64,000 nt of DNA from a bacterium (GCA_965213625.1 CBDBZU010000004.1:3104001-3168000); one strand, 5' to 3'. Positions 37,710 to 48,920 are shown, counted from the first letter of the stretch. The notes: generated from the sequence alone by a model not told the origin. Made by a program: numbers and translations.

Positions 37710-38708
37710 ATGCGTACCCACAAAAGATTGATCGCAGCAACTGCCGTTTTCGCTGTAGCCGGCTTCGCCGCCTCTCTGGCGAGCGCCGCCACCACCAACA
37801 TCACCATCGTCGGCGCGGGCAAGGGCGCGGGCGCGTTCCGCATGGCGGCGGGCCTCGCCGAGGCGGTGAACAAGACGAGCAAGACCGTCAACGTCACCAA
37901 CCGCGAGTCCAAGGGCTTCGTCGCCAACACCCGCCTCGTCGCCAGCGGCCGCTCCGAGATCGGGATGACGAACGGTATTTTCGTCGACTTCATCCAGCGC
38001 AAGCAAAAACCCTTCCACAAGGGCAAGGCCATGATGACCATCCGGGGGATCGGCCCGGTGTCTACTTCCTGGTTCCAGATGGCGACGTTCCACAGGACCG
38101 GCATCAAGACCTACCACGATCTCGCCGGCAAGCGGGTGAACGTGGGTCCGAGGGGAAGCTCCACGCTCTTCATGACGAAGTTCATCACCGACAGCATCGG
38201 GATTACCGACAAAATCCGCAAAGACTACCTGGGCTGGGCCGCTGCCGCCAACAACATGATCGACAGCAAGATCGACGCTTTCAGCATCCCGAACCCGGTG
38301 CCCTCGCCCTCGATTCTGCGCGCCTCGCGCAGCGGTCCGCTCCGCATCCTGAGCATCCCCGACAAGGTGCGCGACAAGTTCGTAGCCCTGAGCTCGGGCT
38401 ATTACAAGGATAACAAGGACGCCAGCCCCTACCAGGGGATGAAGGGCAAGAAGTTCAAGACGGTCGCCTACACCATCTTCGCCGTGGCGAACGAAAAAGT
38501 GCCCAACGACGTCATCTACGAGGTGACGCGGCGGGTGTACGACAAGGCGAACCGCGAATTTTTGATCAACGTCTTCAAGGGCTGGAAGATCGGGCTGGAT
38601 TTCGCCGCGAAATCGGATGAGTTCATCAAGCAGATGGGCAGCTTCAAATTGAAGGTCCACCCCGGCGCCGCGCGCTACTGGAAGTCGAAAGGCTATATGG
38701 TCAACTAG
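37710..38708 (+). CDS. TAXI family TRAP solute receptor
   Basis: S.G.VAN..LV, DLAGKRVNVGP.GS, IDAF, VIYEVT, HPGAARYW; signal peptide. Confidence 0.9.
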   Translation: MRTHKRLIAATAVFAVAGFAASLASAATTNITIVGAGKGAGAFRMAAGLAEAVNKTSKTVNVTNRESKGFVANTRLVASGRSEIGMTNGIFVDFIQRKQKPFHKGKAMMTIRGIGPVSTSWFQMATFHRTGIKTYHDLAGKRVNVGPRGSSTLFMTKFITDSIGITDKIRKDYLGWAAAANNMIDSKIDAFSIPNPVPSPSILRASRSGPLRILSIPDKVRDKFVALSSGYYKDNKDASPYQGMKGKKFKTVAYTIFAVANEKVPNDVIYEVTRRVYDKANREFLINVFKGWKIGLDFAAKSDEFIKQMGSFKLKVHPGAARYWKSKGYMVN

Positions 38709-38807
38709 ACGTTTCCCGGATTCTTTTGTTCCCCCGGAGGGCGAGACGCCTTCCGGGGGGTCTGGCTCGGGCGGCTGCCATTCGAATTCGGGTAAGAAAG
38801 GGTAGCG

Positions 38808-41414
38808 ATGGGGAAGTTTTTCAATTTGCTCGGGGGATGGTTGCGATTCATATTCGCCCCGGAGTCGGCCATCCGCCGGGATATCGAGCCCGGCCTCCAG
38901 AAGAAAAACCTACCCATCTTCATATTTCTCTCTGCCATTCTCCTCGTCTACATCGTTATCTTCGCCGGGAGAAAATACAACTTCTACCTTCCCTATGAAA
39001 TCTCATGGGAATGGCAGGAGGTCGAATTCCCCGCTCTCGAGTTCTGGCTCTACGCCCTCATCTGGCTCTACGTATCGGGCCTGTGCATTCTGCCGAGGGT
39101 GACGATCCTCCTCTCCTCGTTCGTGTTCGCCGCCTATTTTCTATACGGCGCGGCGAACAGGGCGCCGGTGGATTTCGGTCTGGGTTTCGGCGAGGTCATC
39201 GTCTATATCCTCTCCCCGCTCCTCAGTGCGGAGATGGAGAAATCCCTCTCGGCGATATGGGAGACGCTCCACTTTCCGGGGCTCTCCATCTATGCGTATC
39301 ATTTCTACCTGCCCCTGTACGTGATCTTCACCGCCATCCTGACGTTCATCTTCTATCCGGCGCGAGCGGGCGCTCCGACGAGGCGGCCCTCCACCGTGGA
39401 CCTCCTCCTGTGCGCGGGCGTCGTCGTATTCACGGTGGAATACATCATGAACTTCGCCGACAGGGGAGACCGGGCGGGCCTCGTCCTCTGGCCGGACGTC
39501 GCCATGGGAACAATCGCCATCATCGTCTCGATAGAGATGTGCCGCCGTGTGCTGGGCTGGGTGCTTCCGCTGCTGGGTCTCTTTTTCTTTTACTACGCCA
39601 TGTACGGCAACTATTTTCCTGGACGGCTCCTGCACAAGGGGTTTTCCTATAACGAGGTTGTGAGCTTTATTTACGGGACGTCGGGTATATTCGGCGTCAT
39701 TGCGAACGTCTACGCGAGCTATGTGTTCCTGTTTATTCTTTTCGGCGTCTTTCTGGAAAAGACGAAGGTCGGCGACGTGTTCATCGACCTCTCCTACGCC
39801 CTGGTGGGCCGTCTGCGCGGAGGAGCCGCCAAGGCTTCTGTCGTATCGAGCGGCCTGGTGGGATCGGTGGTGGGAAGCGGGGCGGCGAACATCGTCATCA
39901 CCGGAACCTTCACGATCCCGCTCATGAAGCGAGCGGGCTACAAGCCCCACTACGCGGGAGCGGTCGAGGCGGTCTCATCCATCGGCGGTCACCTGCTGCC
40001 CCCCATCATGGGTTCGGCGGCCTTTCTCGTAGCGGCGTTCACCGAAACGGACTATGGGTGGATAGCGCTCATATCGCTCGTACCCGCGCTGATGTACTAC
40101 TTCTCGGTCTACATGTCTGTCCACTTCCGCTCGGGGATGGACGGCATCCACGGCCTCTCGAAAGAAGAGTTGCCCGAACTGCTGCCATTGCTCAAAAAAG
40201 ACGGCTACCTGCTTCTGCCGGTGGCGCTGCTTATCTGCCGGCTCGTCATCGGGCGCTCGCCGTTTGACGCGGCGCTTTGGTCCATCATCCTCGCGATGGT
40301 TCTGGGATTCTTCCGCGAGGACACACGCCTGCTGGCCCTGCCGCCGGTTCTCGCGCGCCTCGTTGGTCGTCCCGGATGGAGCACCCGCAACGACAGGCTC
40401 GAATACGAGGCCGCGAAACACCACAAGAAACTCATGGAATCAGGCAAGAGCCTGGAAGATGCCAACACCGAGGCGGAAGCCTATCTGGAAACAGCGAAGG
40501 CCGAGCCCGCCGGAAACCCACTCATGGAGAACTGGCCCCTGCTCGCCGGGCTGGGGCTGCTTATCGTGCTTCCGGTGGCGGGACATACCCTGCCTGAGAC
40601 GATCTTCTGGTCCGTGCTCGCGGCGGTGGTGCTCTCATCCCCTCGCGTTCTGGACGGCCTCGAGCGCGGCGCCGTCAACTCGCTCATCATCGGCGTGACG
40701 GCGGGCGTGATGGGCATCGTACTCGCAGGCGTTTCGATGCCCGGCCTCGGCATCAAATTCTCCTCGATCATCCTGAGCTACGCGTCCTTCCTCGACAACG
40801 CCCTGGGCATCACGGGAACCGCGCTCCCGGTGGCGATTCTGCTGTGCACCGTCGCCAGCTACATCATGGGGATGGGTATGACGATCACGGCAAGCTACGT
40901 GCTGCTCTCGATCCTTGCCGTGCCCGCGCTTGTGGAACTCGGCGTGCCGCTCCTGAGCGCGCACCTGATGATCCTCTGGCTGAGTCAGGACGCCTCGCTC
41001 ACGCCGCCCTTCGCCCTGGGCGCGTTTATTGCAGCGGGCGTGGCGGGCGCAGACCCGATGCGCACCGGCTTCGCTTCACTCAAACTCGGCAAGGCGCTCT
41101 ACATCGTCCCCTTCCTGATGGCCTACACCCCGATCAACATGACGCCGGGCTCGGAGTGGATCGACATCCTCATCGTATGGGGGAGCGGCTTCATGGGCTT
41201 TTTCTGCACCTCGGCGTCGCTCGAGGGCTACATGCGGAGAAAGCTCGAAATCTGGGAGCGGGTCGTCTTCGCCGTGGCGGGTGGGCTGCTGTTCTTCTAC
41301 GTGCCGTGGATGAAGATAACGGGCGCGATCATCATGGCCGTCATGGTCACCATCCAGTTCATGGGCGCGAAGGATGAGGGTGCTGCCTCGCCTAGACCTG
41401 CAGTGTCCTCGTAA
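38808..41414 (+). CDS. TRAP transporter 4TM/12TM fused permease
   Basis: GIFGV, FILFGVFLE, GG.AKA.V.SS, TGTFTIPLMK, PPIMGSAAF, MGM..TA.Y, LTPP.AL. Confidence 0.92.
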   Translation: MGKFFNLLGGWLRFIFAPESAIRRDIEPGLQKKNLPIFIFLSAILLVYIVIFAGRKYNFYLPYEISWEWQEVEFPALEFWLYALIWLYVSGLCILPRVTILLSSFVFAAYFLYGAANRAPVDFGLGFGEVIVYILSPLLSAEMEKSLSAIWETLHFPGLSIYAYHFYLPLYVIFTAILTFIFYPARAGAPTRRPSTVDLLLCAGVVVFTVEYIMNFADRGDRAGLVLWPDVAMGTIAIIVSIEMCRRVLGWVLPLLGLFFFYYAMYGNYFPGRLLHKGFSYNEVVSFIYGTSGIFGVIANVYASYVFLFILFGVFLEKTKVGDVFIDLSYALVGRLRGGAAKASVVSSGLVGSVVGSGAANIVITGTFTIPLMKRAGYKPHYAGAVEAVSSIGGHLLPPIMGSAAFLVAAFTETDYGWIALISLVPALMYYFSVYMSVHFRSGMDGIHGLSKEELPELLPLLKKDGYLLLPVALLICRLVIGRSPFDAALWSIILAMVLGFFREDTRLLALPPVLARLVGRPGWSTRNDRLEYEAAKHHKKLMESGKSLEDANTEAEAYLETAKAEPAGNPLMENWPLLAGLGLLIVLPVAGHTLPETIFWSVLAAVVLSSPRVLDGLERGAVNSLIIGVTAGVMGIVLAGVSMPGLGIKFSSIILSYASFLDNALGITGTALPVAILLCTVASYIMGMGMTITASYVLLSILAVPALVELGVPLLSAHLMILWLSQDASLTPPFALGAFIAAGVAGADPMRTGFASLKLGKALYIVPFLMAYTPINMTPGSEWIDILIVWGSGFMGFFCTSASLEGYMRRKLEIWERVVFAVAGGLLFFYVPWMKITGAIIMAVMVTIQFMGAKDEGAASPRPAVSS

Positions 41415-41463
41415 CCTCGGGAATCCGCAAACTCCAAAGATCGCGCTTCTTCCCGTAGTTTAA

Positions 41464-42402
41464 TCACCCCGGCAAAGAGCGCGCGAGACAAGCCTTGAGC
41501 GCGCCGCCGCAGTAGGAACGGGCGAAATCCTCCCCGTGCGCATCTGCGAGACGATCGGCGAAGTCCCCTATGCCCCAGATACCCCGAAATTCATCGAACA
41601 GGCGCCTGCCGTCGGGCGCCGGGCGGTTGATGCCTGCGAAGTCGCTGCCGAGCGCCACCTGGTGGGCGGCGATCTCGGCCAGGAACTCGATTTCCTCCAG
41701 ATGGCGATCGAACGTCTCGTAGAACCCCCGATGCGGCGCCAAGCCGATGAGCGCACCCGTCTCGAGGAGCCTCCTCGCCATATCACGCGGCAGTCCCCGT
41801 TCGCCAAAGACAGGCAGCAGCGGTTCGTCCAGATGGCCGTGGGAGTAGTGCATCTCCCGTCCGGTGACGAGAGCCAGATCGATCATGTCCGATTTCGTCT
41901 GGTGGTTCGCGTGCGCACAATCCACCAGAAAACCCATCCGCCAGGCCAGAATCAAGAAAGCGCGGCCCAGGGGCGTCAGACCCCGCGCGGGGTCTCCCAT
42001 GGCCCCGCCGCCAAGAGGGTTGTCGTCGTTGTACATGGGGCCGACGCTGCGCACGCCTTCCTCCCAAAGCCATTCGAGGAGTTTCAGGTCGTTTTCAGTT
42101 TCGATGAAATAGATACCCTCCGCGTGAATCAACTGCCTGCCCACGCCATCCAAATCCGCTCGCGTGAGCACGATGCTCAGGCCCTCCGCCGAACGAATCC
42201 GCTCCAGATCGCGCCTCACCAACTCGAATTGCGCGTCCTGCGGTGCGCCTTCGAGCCGTTCCAGGGCCGAGAACACGCCGCCCAGCTTCGCCGCCGCCTG
42301 AATGTCTATCTGTTCCGCCAGATAGGTGCGTTCCTCGGGCAAATCGACCATCCACCGCAGATCGGTGTGAAAATCCCAGACGTCATTGAACTCTATCGGC
42401 AT
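41464..42402 (-). CDS. Membrane dipeptidase (peptidase M19) family protein
   Basis: DFHTD, HAEG, GLTPLGR, LVDCAH, YSH, VALGSDFAG. Confidence 0.8.
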   Translation of the reverse strand: MPIEFNDVWDFHTDLRWMVDLPEERTYLAEQIDIQAAAKLGGVFSALERLEGAPQDAQFELVRRDLERIRSAEGLSIVLTRADLDGVGRQLIHAEGIYFIETENDLKLLEWLWEEGVRSVGPMYNDDNPLGGGAMGDPARGLTPLGRAFLILAWRMGFLVDCAHANHQTKSDMIDLALVTGREMHYSHGHLDEPLLPVFGERGLPRDMARRLLETGALIGLAPHRGFYETFDRHLEEIEFLAEIAAHQVALGSDFAGINRPAPDGRRLFDEFRGIWGIGDFADRLADAHGEDFARSYCGGALKACLARSLPG

Positions 42403-42502
42403 ACGCGTCTTCTCCCGGAATCAATTCAGGTGAATTTTCTTGACCGCAAACACCATCATAACGGGGTTGTTGTAAAAGTCATCCTCGGTCGGAATTCACC
42501 CC

Positions 42503-42690
42503 TCCCTCATCCCGAGTAGGCGCGCTTGCGCGCCGTATCGAGGATTTGACCCGACCGGGAAGGGAGGGTCAAACCCTTTGGTGCGTTCAGGAGTGCAGTT
42601 CCTCCTTCTTCAGTCGGTACTGACCTTCGATACGCCGCCGGAGCCTGGCCCGAGTACCACCGAGGGGACGGCTACTCAGGGTGAGGTCAC
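42503..42690. repeat. REP-like palindrome pair
   Basis: CCCTCATCCCGAGTAGGCGCG..CGCGCCGTATCGAGG and CCTTCGATACGCCG...GGCTACTCAGGGTGAG, same family as at 11525 and 19417. Confidence 0.8.
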
Positions 42691-42865
42691 TACGGCGACA
42701 AGGCAAGACGAGGACTTGACGCGAGCGAGGAGCGAGAGTCGAACGCTCCTGCTTCCAAGGCCAGATTATTCAACAAGCCCATAACACGCGCGATTGGGGC
42801 TTCGCCTTTGCGCAACGCCGCAAGCTCGCATAGTCTGTCGGCTTTGTTTCCAGGGAGGACGATTC

Positions 42866-43654
42866 ATGTCGACAACGAAACCACTGGTGCTGGTCGATCG
42901 CGATGGTCCGCTCGCCACGCTCACACTCAATCGCCCCGAGAAGCGAAACGCCATGAATACGCAGATGACCCGCGAGGCGAAATCAGCTATTGCCGAACTC
43001 GCGGGGGCGGATGATTTGCGCGCCCTGGTCATCGAGGGTGCGGGCAGCATATTCTCCGCCGGGGCCGACGTGGTCGAGATGGGCGCGCTTACCGAAGACA
43101 ACGCGCGCGGTTTCATCTCGAACTTGCACTCACTCATCCACAGCGTGCGCGAATTTCCGCATCCCGTCCTCTGCAAGTGCCAAGGGTATGTTCTGGGCGG
43201 CGCACTCGAGTTGATGCTCGGCTGCGATCTCCGCGTCGCGGCGGAAGATACCAGGTTCGGCATGCCCGAGGTGAGAGTCGGCGTGCCATCCGTCATCGAA
43301 GCTGCGCTGTTCGTACCCATCTCAGGCTTGGGGGCCGCGCAGGATCTGCTCCTCACGGGCAGGACGTTCGACGCCCAGGAGGCGCATCGGCTGGGAATAG
43401 TCCAGAGGATATGCCCTCCAGCGGAACTCGAGAGAACAACACAAGAGTCCGTAAATGAAATTCTCCAGGCCGCTCCCGGCGCGCTGCGCGCCCAGAAAGC
43501 GCTTTTGAGGCGATGGATGCAGGCCTACCTCGAAGCCGCCGTTCCGCCCTCCATCGACGCTTTCGAGGCCTCCTTCCGGACCGGCGAACCGCAAGAGGGC
43601 ATGGCCGCGGCACACGAGAAGCGCCCTCCCGCCTGGTCGCCCGGAGAAAGATAA
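42866..43654 (+). CDS. Enoyl-CoA hydratase/isomerase family protein
   Basis: LTLNRPEKRNAM, FSAGAD, GGALEL...CDLR, FGMPEVRVG. Confidence 0.92.
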   Translation: MSTTKPLVLVDRDGPLATLTLNRPEKRNAMNTQMTREAKSAIAELAGADDLRALVIEGAGSIFSAGADVVEMGALTEDNARGFISNLHSLIHSVREFPHPVLCKCQGYVLGGALELMLGCDLRVAAEDTRFGMPEVRVGVPSVIEAALFVPISGLGAAQDLLLTGRTFDAQEAHRLGIVQRICPPAELERTTQESVNEILQAAPGALRAQKALLRRWMQAYLEAAVPPSIDAFEASFRTGEPQEGMAAAHEKRPPAWSPGER

Positions 43655-43749
43655 GGCCGCAGAGAGTGGCGCAATCCCCTCGCAGTGGCGTTCCCCAGTT
43701 CGGTGTGGCATCTTCACTCATCCTGACGGGACAATGAAGGAGAACCAAG

Positions 43750-44079
43750 TTGTCGGGAGACGAGGCCTTGATCGAGCGCATACGTCCGATTCTCAGGCGG
43801 CGCAAGGGGTATTCGGAAAAACGCATGTTCGGTGGCGTGTGCTTCATGATCAACGGGAACATGTGCGCCGGCACGTGGAAGGGTTCGCTCATCGTGCGAC
43901 TCGGCAAGGAGAACCACGAGGCCACGCTTACCGAACCCCACACGAAGCCGGCCGATATGGCGGGCCGCGTGATGAAGGGCTGGGCGCTGGTCGAACCGGC
44001 GGGAATTGCAACCGAAGACGATTTGAAAGCCTGGGTGCGCCGGGCGGCGAAGTTCGCAGGCTCGCTACCGCCCAAATGA
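43750..44079 (+). CDS. TfoX/Sxy N-terminal domain protein
   Basis: EKRMFGGVCFMINGNMC, MKGWALV, SLPPK C-terminus. Confidence 0.85.
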   Translation: MSGDEALIERIRPILRRRKGYSEKRMFGGVCFMINGNMCAGTWKGSLIVRLGKENHEATLTEPHTKPADMAGRVMKGWALVEPAGIATEDDLKAWVRRAAKFAGSLPPK

Positions 44080-44113
44080 GCACACACTCCCGAAACTACT
44101 TGGATTCACTCTT

Positions 44114-45124
44114 ATGAAGGATGAATTGATGAAAGCGATTACCGTTCAGGGAGACGCCGGAATCGAAGGGCTGGTATACGGCGATGTTCCCACGCCCGAG
44201 CCGGGAGAGGGCGAAATGCGCGTCAAACTCCTGGCTTCAGGCATCAACCACATCGACGTCTATCAGTGCACGCCCGCCATGGTGCAGCACGAAAAGCCTC
44301 ACACCATGGGGGCGGACGGCGCAGGCGTCGTGGACAAGGCGGGGCCGGGAACGAGCTTAAAGCCGGGCGATGAGGTGGTCGTCGACCCCAACTTGAGCGA
44401 CCCCACCAAACCGGGCTACGGCATCGTGGGCGCGCACTGCCAGGGTACTCACGCGGAGTTCATTACACTGCCTGAGAATAATTTCTTTCCGAAGCCAAAG
44501 AATCTTTCCTTCGAGGAAGCGGCGGCGCTTCCCCTCGCCCTTTGCACGGCCTATCGCCAGCTCATCAGCCGCGCACGGCTTACAAAGGGCGAGAGCGTTC
44601 TCATCCATGGGGTGGGAGGCGGTGTCATGCTCTACTGCCTGCAACTCGCGGCGCAGGCGGGGGCGTTCTCCATCGTCACCTCATCGAGCGATGAGAAGCT
44701 GGCAACCGCCAAAAGACTGGGTGCAGACGTCTGCATCAACTACAAGACGCAAGACGTCGCTGGGGCCGTGATGGACGCCACCGATGGCCGGGGGGCCGAC
44801 GTGGTGGTCGACAACGTGGGTGCGCCCACCTTCGCGGTGAGCGCGAAATGCGTCGCACTTAACGGGCGCATCACCATCGTGGGCGGGGCTGCGAACCACG
44901 TGATACCCGAGGTCAACCTGCGCGATCTGTATTTCAAGCAGGTCGACATTCACACCTCCACCATGGCGACGCCGGAAGAATTCCACGAGGCGATGACTCT
45001 TGCCGCCGAGGGCAAGGTGAAGGCCCACATCGACTCCACCTACCCTCTCTCCCGCTTCAGGGAAGCCATCGAGCGCGTTGCGAAGGGTGAACAGTTCGGG
45101 AAAGTCGTGATTACCAGAGACTAG
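44114..45124 (+). CDS. Medium-chain dehydrogenase / quinone oxidoreductase (MDR family)
   Basis: P.P..GE, GADGAGVV, LSFEEAAALPL...TAY, VLIHGVGGGV, FGKVVI. Confidence 0.9.
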   Translation: MKDELMKAITVQGDAGIEGLVYGDVPTPEPGEGEMRVKLLASGINHIDVYQCTPAMVQHEKPHTMGADGAGVVDKAGPGTSLKPGDEVVVDPNLSDPTKPGYGIVGAHCQGTHAEFITLPENNFFPKPKNLSFEEAAALPLALCTAYRQLISRARLTKGESVLIHGVGGGVMLYCLQLAAQAGAFSIVTSSSDEKLATAKRLGADVCINYKTQDVAGAVMDATDGRGADVVVDNVGAPTFAVSAKCVALNGRITIVGGAANHVIPEVNLRDLYFKQVDIHTSTMATPEEFHEAMTLAAEGKVKAHIDSTYPLSRFREAIERVAKGEQFGKVVITRD

Positions 45125-45188
45125 GGACGAGGCGATTACACCTCCATTCAACACGCGGATAATTCACTATTGGAGATAGCACAAAAAA

Positions 45189-46337
45189 ATGAATAGACAC
45201 CTCGCCAAAACCGTCGCCGCAACCGCAAGCGGAGAGCGCGCCAATCACATGACGGCCAAAAAACCGGCGGGCCTGGTGCCGCTCGATTCGGGAACGCCCA
45301 ACTTCCCCACGCCCAAACACATCACGAATGCCGCCAAGGAGGCGCTCGACCAAGGCTTGACGGGCTACGCCCCCGGGCAGGGGGAACCTGAGTTCCTGGA
45401 AGCCGTGTGCGAACACGTCGAGCGCGAGGCGAATGCGAAATACACGCCCCATTCCATCATCGCGACGAACGGGGCGAGTTCCGGAATCTACGCCGTTATG
45501 ACGACATTCCTGGACCCGGGCGATGAGGCCATCCTCATGGACCCCACGTTTTCCCTCTACGCCCACGTCGCCCTGCAATTAGGGGCCGTTCCCGTTTCCG
45601 TGCCGCACGATGCGGACTACCAAATCGACGTCGCGGCCGTGCGCCGCGCCATCACATCGCGCACGCGCCTTATCCTCGTCAACAACCCGAACAACCCCAC
45701 CGGCGTGGTTTACCGTCGCGATGACCTGGCGGCTCTCGCCGAACTCGCAACGGAGCACGATCTCATGCTCGTATCGGATGAGGCTTATGCGAAAATCCTG
45801 CAACCAGGCTTCGAGCACGTCCCCCTGCTCTCCTTCACCGAACACAGAGATCACCTCATCCTGCTCGACACTTTTTCCAAGACCTATTCGATGACCGGCT
45901 GGCGGCTGGGCTTCATGGTCGTGCCCGAGGATCTGCCCCAGCCGATGTTCAGCGTGCACCGCTCCATCAATGGGCCGATCAACACATTCGTCCAGCGCGC
46001 AGGCGCGGTGGCGCTCAGGAGTTCGCAGGAATGCGTGGAACAGATGGCGGTTGAGTACCACAAGCGGGGTCGACTCATGAACGAGATGACGCGCGACATT
46101 CCGGGACTCATTCCGGTCGAGCCGCAGGGCGGCTTCTACCAATACTGCCGCTATGAGTACCCCATTCCATCGAGCGAGGTGCGAAAGCGCGTCTGGGAGG
46201 CCGGTGCGGCGATACGGAGCGGTTCCGAGTTCGGTGCTTCAGGCGAAAACCACCTGCGCTTCACCTATTCGGTGGATGAAGAGGTCATCGAAAAAGGCAT
46301 GAAGATCGTGGGCGAGGTATTCCGTCACTTAGGCTAA
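45189..46337 (+). CDS. PLP-dependent aminotransferase class I/II
   Basis: NNPNNPTG, SDEAY, FSKTYSMTGWRLG. Confidence 0.93.
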   Translation: MNRHLAKTVAATASGERANHMTAKKPAGLVPLDSGTPNFPTPKHITNAAKEALDQGLTGYAPGQGEPEFLEAVCEHVEREANAKYTPHSIIATNGASSGIYAVMTTFLDPGDEAILMDPTFSLYAHVALQLGAVPVSVPHDADYQIDVAAVRRAITSRTRLILVNNPNNPTGVVYRRDDLAALAELATEHDLMLVSDEAYAKILQPGFEHVPLLSFTEHRDHLILLDTFSKTYSMTGWRLGFMVVPEDLPQPMFSVHRSINGPINTFVQRAGAVALRSSQECVEQMAVEYHKRGRLMNEMTRDIPGLIPVEPQGGFYQYCRYEYPIPSSEVRKRVWEAGAAIRSGSEFGASGENHLRFTYSVDEEVIEKGMKIVGEVFRHLG

Positions 46338-46398
46338 AGCTGCCTGTTTCGCTAATCATGAGCCGTCCATCCCACGCGAACGGCTCCTTCCAGCATCA

Positions 46399-47349
46399 TC
46401 AATAGACGGGCAAAATATCCTTCTCGTAGGTCTCATCCACGCCCCGTGCGGCTGCGTAGAATATCTCCTGCAGCCTTCGCGTGATATTTCCGGGCTTTCC
46501 GTCTGCTACCTCGATGCGGTCGAGCGAGAGCACGGGCGCGACCTCGGCGGCCGAGCCGCAAATCATCGCCTCATCGGCCACATAAATCTCCGTGCGATCT
46601 ACGGGCCGTTCCACGGGTTCGGGGCCGATGTGCCTGCCGAACATCTCGATCACGCTGTCTCGCGTGATGCTTTCGAGGATGGATGCCGTCACCGGCGGGG
46701 TAATGAGCTTGCCCTCCCGGACGATCATGATGCACGTGCCCGTGCCCTCGGCCACCTTGCCGTCCTGGTTGAGCAGAAGGGCATCGTCATACCCGTTTAT
46801 CCGCGCCTCCACGCCCGCGAGCCTGCCGTTTTGGTAGTTGGCGGACGCCTTGACGCGCGGCGGCACGGTATCGTCCGAGATGCGCCGCCAACTGCTCACG
46901 CACAGGTTCACCCCCTGCTCCTGGCGTTTTCTGTTGCTGTTCGGCCCTCCGCTGATGAATACGCAGGTGTCCACCTCGTCCGCAGCGTAGCCCTTCATGT
47001 CCAAAGGCCCCGAATCGTCAAAATACACGTTCAGGCGGAAATGCAGGTCTTCCTTGAACTCGTTCGCCCGTATCCATTCGATGACGGCAGCCTTGAACTC
47101 TTCCGCCGTGTAGGGCGGCGTCATCCGCATCACGCGCATCGAATCGAACAGCCGCCTGATGTGCGGGTCGATCTTCCAGAGGAACAGGTTGTTTCTCTCC
47201 TCGCTCCAGTAGGCGCGAATCCCCTCATATATGCTCGAACCCCTGAGAACCGCCTGGCTGAAAACGCTGATCTTGGCGTCTTCGGGCGGAACAACCTCTC
47301 CGTTGAGCCATACCTTGGCATGATCGTAGCTGGGCACTAGAACCTCCAA
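46399..47349 (-). CDS. ilvE: Branched-chain amino acid aminotransferase (class IV)
   Basis: YEGIRAY, HIRRLFDS, VKASANY.N, GYDDALLL, ILESITR, CGSAAEV.P. Confidence 0.85.
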   Translation of the reverse strand: MEVLVPSYDHAKVWLNGEVVPPEDAKISVFSQAVLRGSSIYEGIRAYWSEERNNLFLWKIDPHIRRLFDSMRVMRMTPPYTAEEFKAAVIEWIRANEFKEDLHFRLNVYFDDSGPLDMKGYAADEVDTCVFISGGPNSNRKRQEQGVNLCVSSWRRISDDTVPPRVKASANYQNGRLAGVEARINGYDDALLLNQDGKVAEGTGTCIMIVREGKLITPPVTASILESITRDSVIEMFGRHIGPEPVERPVDRTEIYVADEAMICGSAAEVAPVLSLDRIEVADGKPGNITRRLQEIFYAAARGVDETYEKDILPVY

Positions 47350-47505
47350 TGCGGAAGTAGAGAACGACTACCAATGTGGAAAACACGGCATCATGGACAA
47401 TTTAATGGTGAGTTGACAAGGGGCCTTCCCACCTTGACGTTCGGGCGCGCTAGGGCGTAGCGTTGTCTCGGACAAATTCAGAACCCCACCCTACTGGAGA
47501 TTTTC

Positions 47506-48876
47506 ATGCAGCAGCCCACGGACACCCCGAAACTCGCGGATGCCTATGCCGAATCCCTGCCCGCCTCTCGCGCTCTTTACGATCGGGCGAAGGAGGTCTT
47601 CCCCGACGGGGTGACACACGACAACCGCAGGATGCAGCCGTTCCCCATCTACGTCGAGCGCGCCGAGGGCGCTCACAAGTGGGACGTGGACGGCAACCGC
47701 TACATCGATTACTGGATGGGCCACGGCGCGCTTCTCTACGGGCACAACCCGCCCCATATCCGGGACGCCGTGAGCGAAGCCGTTCTCCAGGGCTCGCACT
47801 ACGGGGCCAGTCATAGGCCGGAAGTGGAATGGGGCGAATGGGTGCAGCGTCTCGTACCGTGCGCCGAGCGGGTGCGCTTCACGGCTTCGGGCACCGAGGC
47901 CACGCACATGGCACTGAGGCTCGCGCGCGCCTTCACGGGCAGAAAGCGCGTGGTCAAGTTCGCGGGCCACTTCCACGGGTGGCACGAAGGTCTCGAGATC
48001 GGCGTACGCGCCCCCTACACGAACGAACCAGAAGCGGGACAACTCTCAGAAGTAACCGACCTCGTCACCGTATGTCCGCCGGATGATCTGGAAATCGTTC
48101 GCAGCACGCTGGCATCGGGCGATGTGGCAGCGCTCATCCTGGAGCCGACGGGCGGACACTTCGGCACAATCCCGATGAGCAGGGAATTCGTAGCCGCCCT
48201 CAGGGAAGAGACGAAAAAGTCGGGCGCCTTGCTTGTCTTCGATGAGGTGGTTACAGGCTTTCGCGTATCGCCGGGCGGCGCGCAGGCGCACTTTGGCGTG
48301 ACACCCGACTTGACGAGCCTTGCCAAGATACTCTCGGGCGGCCTGCCGGGCGGAGCCATCGTCGGCCGGGCGGACGTTTTGGAATACCTCGCCACCAAGC
48401 CGGACCCCGAAATGAACCGCCACATGAAAATCGCTCACCACGGCACCTTCAACGCGAACCCCATTTCCTCCGCCGCAGGCGTCGCCATGCTCTCCTCCCT
48501 GGCTGACGGCCGGGCGACCGAGAAGGTGAACGCGCAGGCGCAAAAACTCAGGTACGGGATGAACGAGATTCTCGCCCATGAAGCAGTTTCCTGGCTGGTT
48601 TATGGCGACTACAGCGACTGGAAAATCTTGTTTGACGCCGACGCTCCGCCGAGTGATGGGGAAGATCAGGACGTGAGCGGAATCGACTGGCGGCGTCTCG
48701 ATTCCAAGAACGCGCAGAAAAGCCGCGCCCTGAGGCAAGCGCTGATTTTACACGGCGTAGACTTCAACGGCGCGCGCGCTCTCGTGGGCGCCTGTCACTC
48801 GGACGACGTGATTGAGGAGACCCTCGCCGCCTTCCGGGCGGGCGTCCAGACCATGAAGGAAGAAGGCATCGCCTAG
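47506..48876 (+). CDS. Class III aminotransferase, glutamate-1-semialdehyde aminomutase-like
   Basis: WDVDGNRYIDY, SGTEAT..A.RLARAFTGR, FDEVVTGFR, AKILSGGLP, GTFNANP. Confidence 0.88.
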   Translation: MQQPTDTPKLADAYAESLPASRALYDRAKEVFPDGVTHDNRRMQPFPIYVERAEGAHKWDVDGNRYIDYWMGHGALLYGHNPPHIRDAVSEAVLQGSHYGASHRPEVEWGEWVQRLVPCAERVRFTASGTEATHMALRLARAFTGRKRVVKFAGHFHGWHEGLEIGVRAPYTNEPEAGQLSEVTDLVTVCPPDDLEIVRSTLASGDVAALILEPTGGHFGTIPMSREFVAALREETKKSGALLVFDEVVTGFRVSPGGAQAHFGVTPDLTSLAKILSGGLPGGAIVGRADVLEYLATKPDPEMNRHMKIAHHGTFNANPISSAAGVAMLSSLADGRATEKVNAQAQKLRYGMNEILAHEAVSWLVYGDYSDWKILFDADAPPSDGEDQDVSGIDWRRLDSKNAQKSRALRQALILHGVDFNGARALVGACHSDDVIEETLAAFRAGVQTMKEEGIA

Positions 48877-48920
48877 AATTATCCAACAAACGCACCAAAC
48901 CCTATGAAGGAGAACTGCAC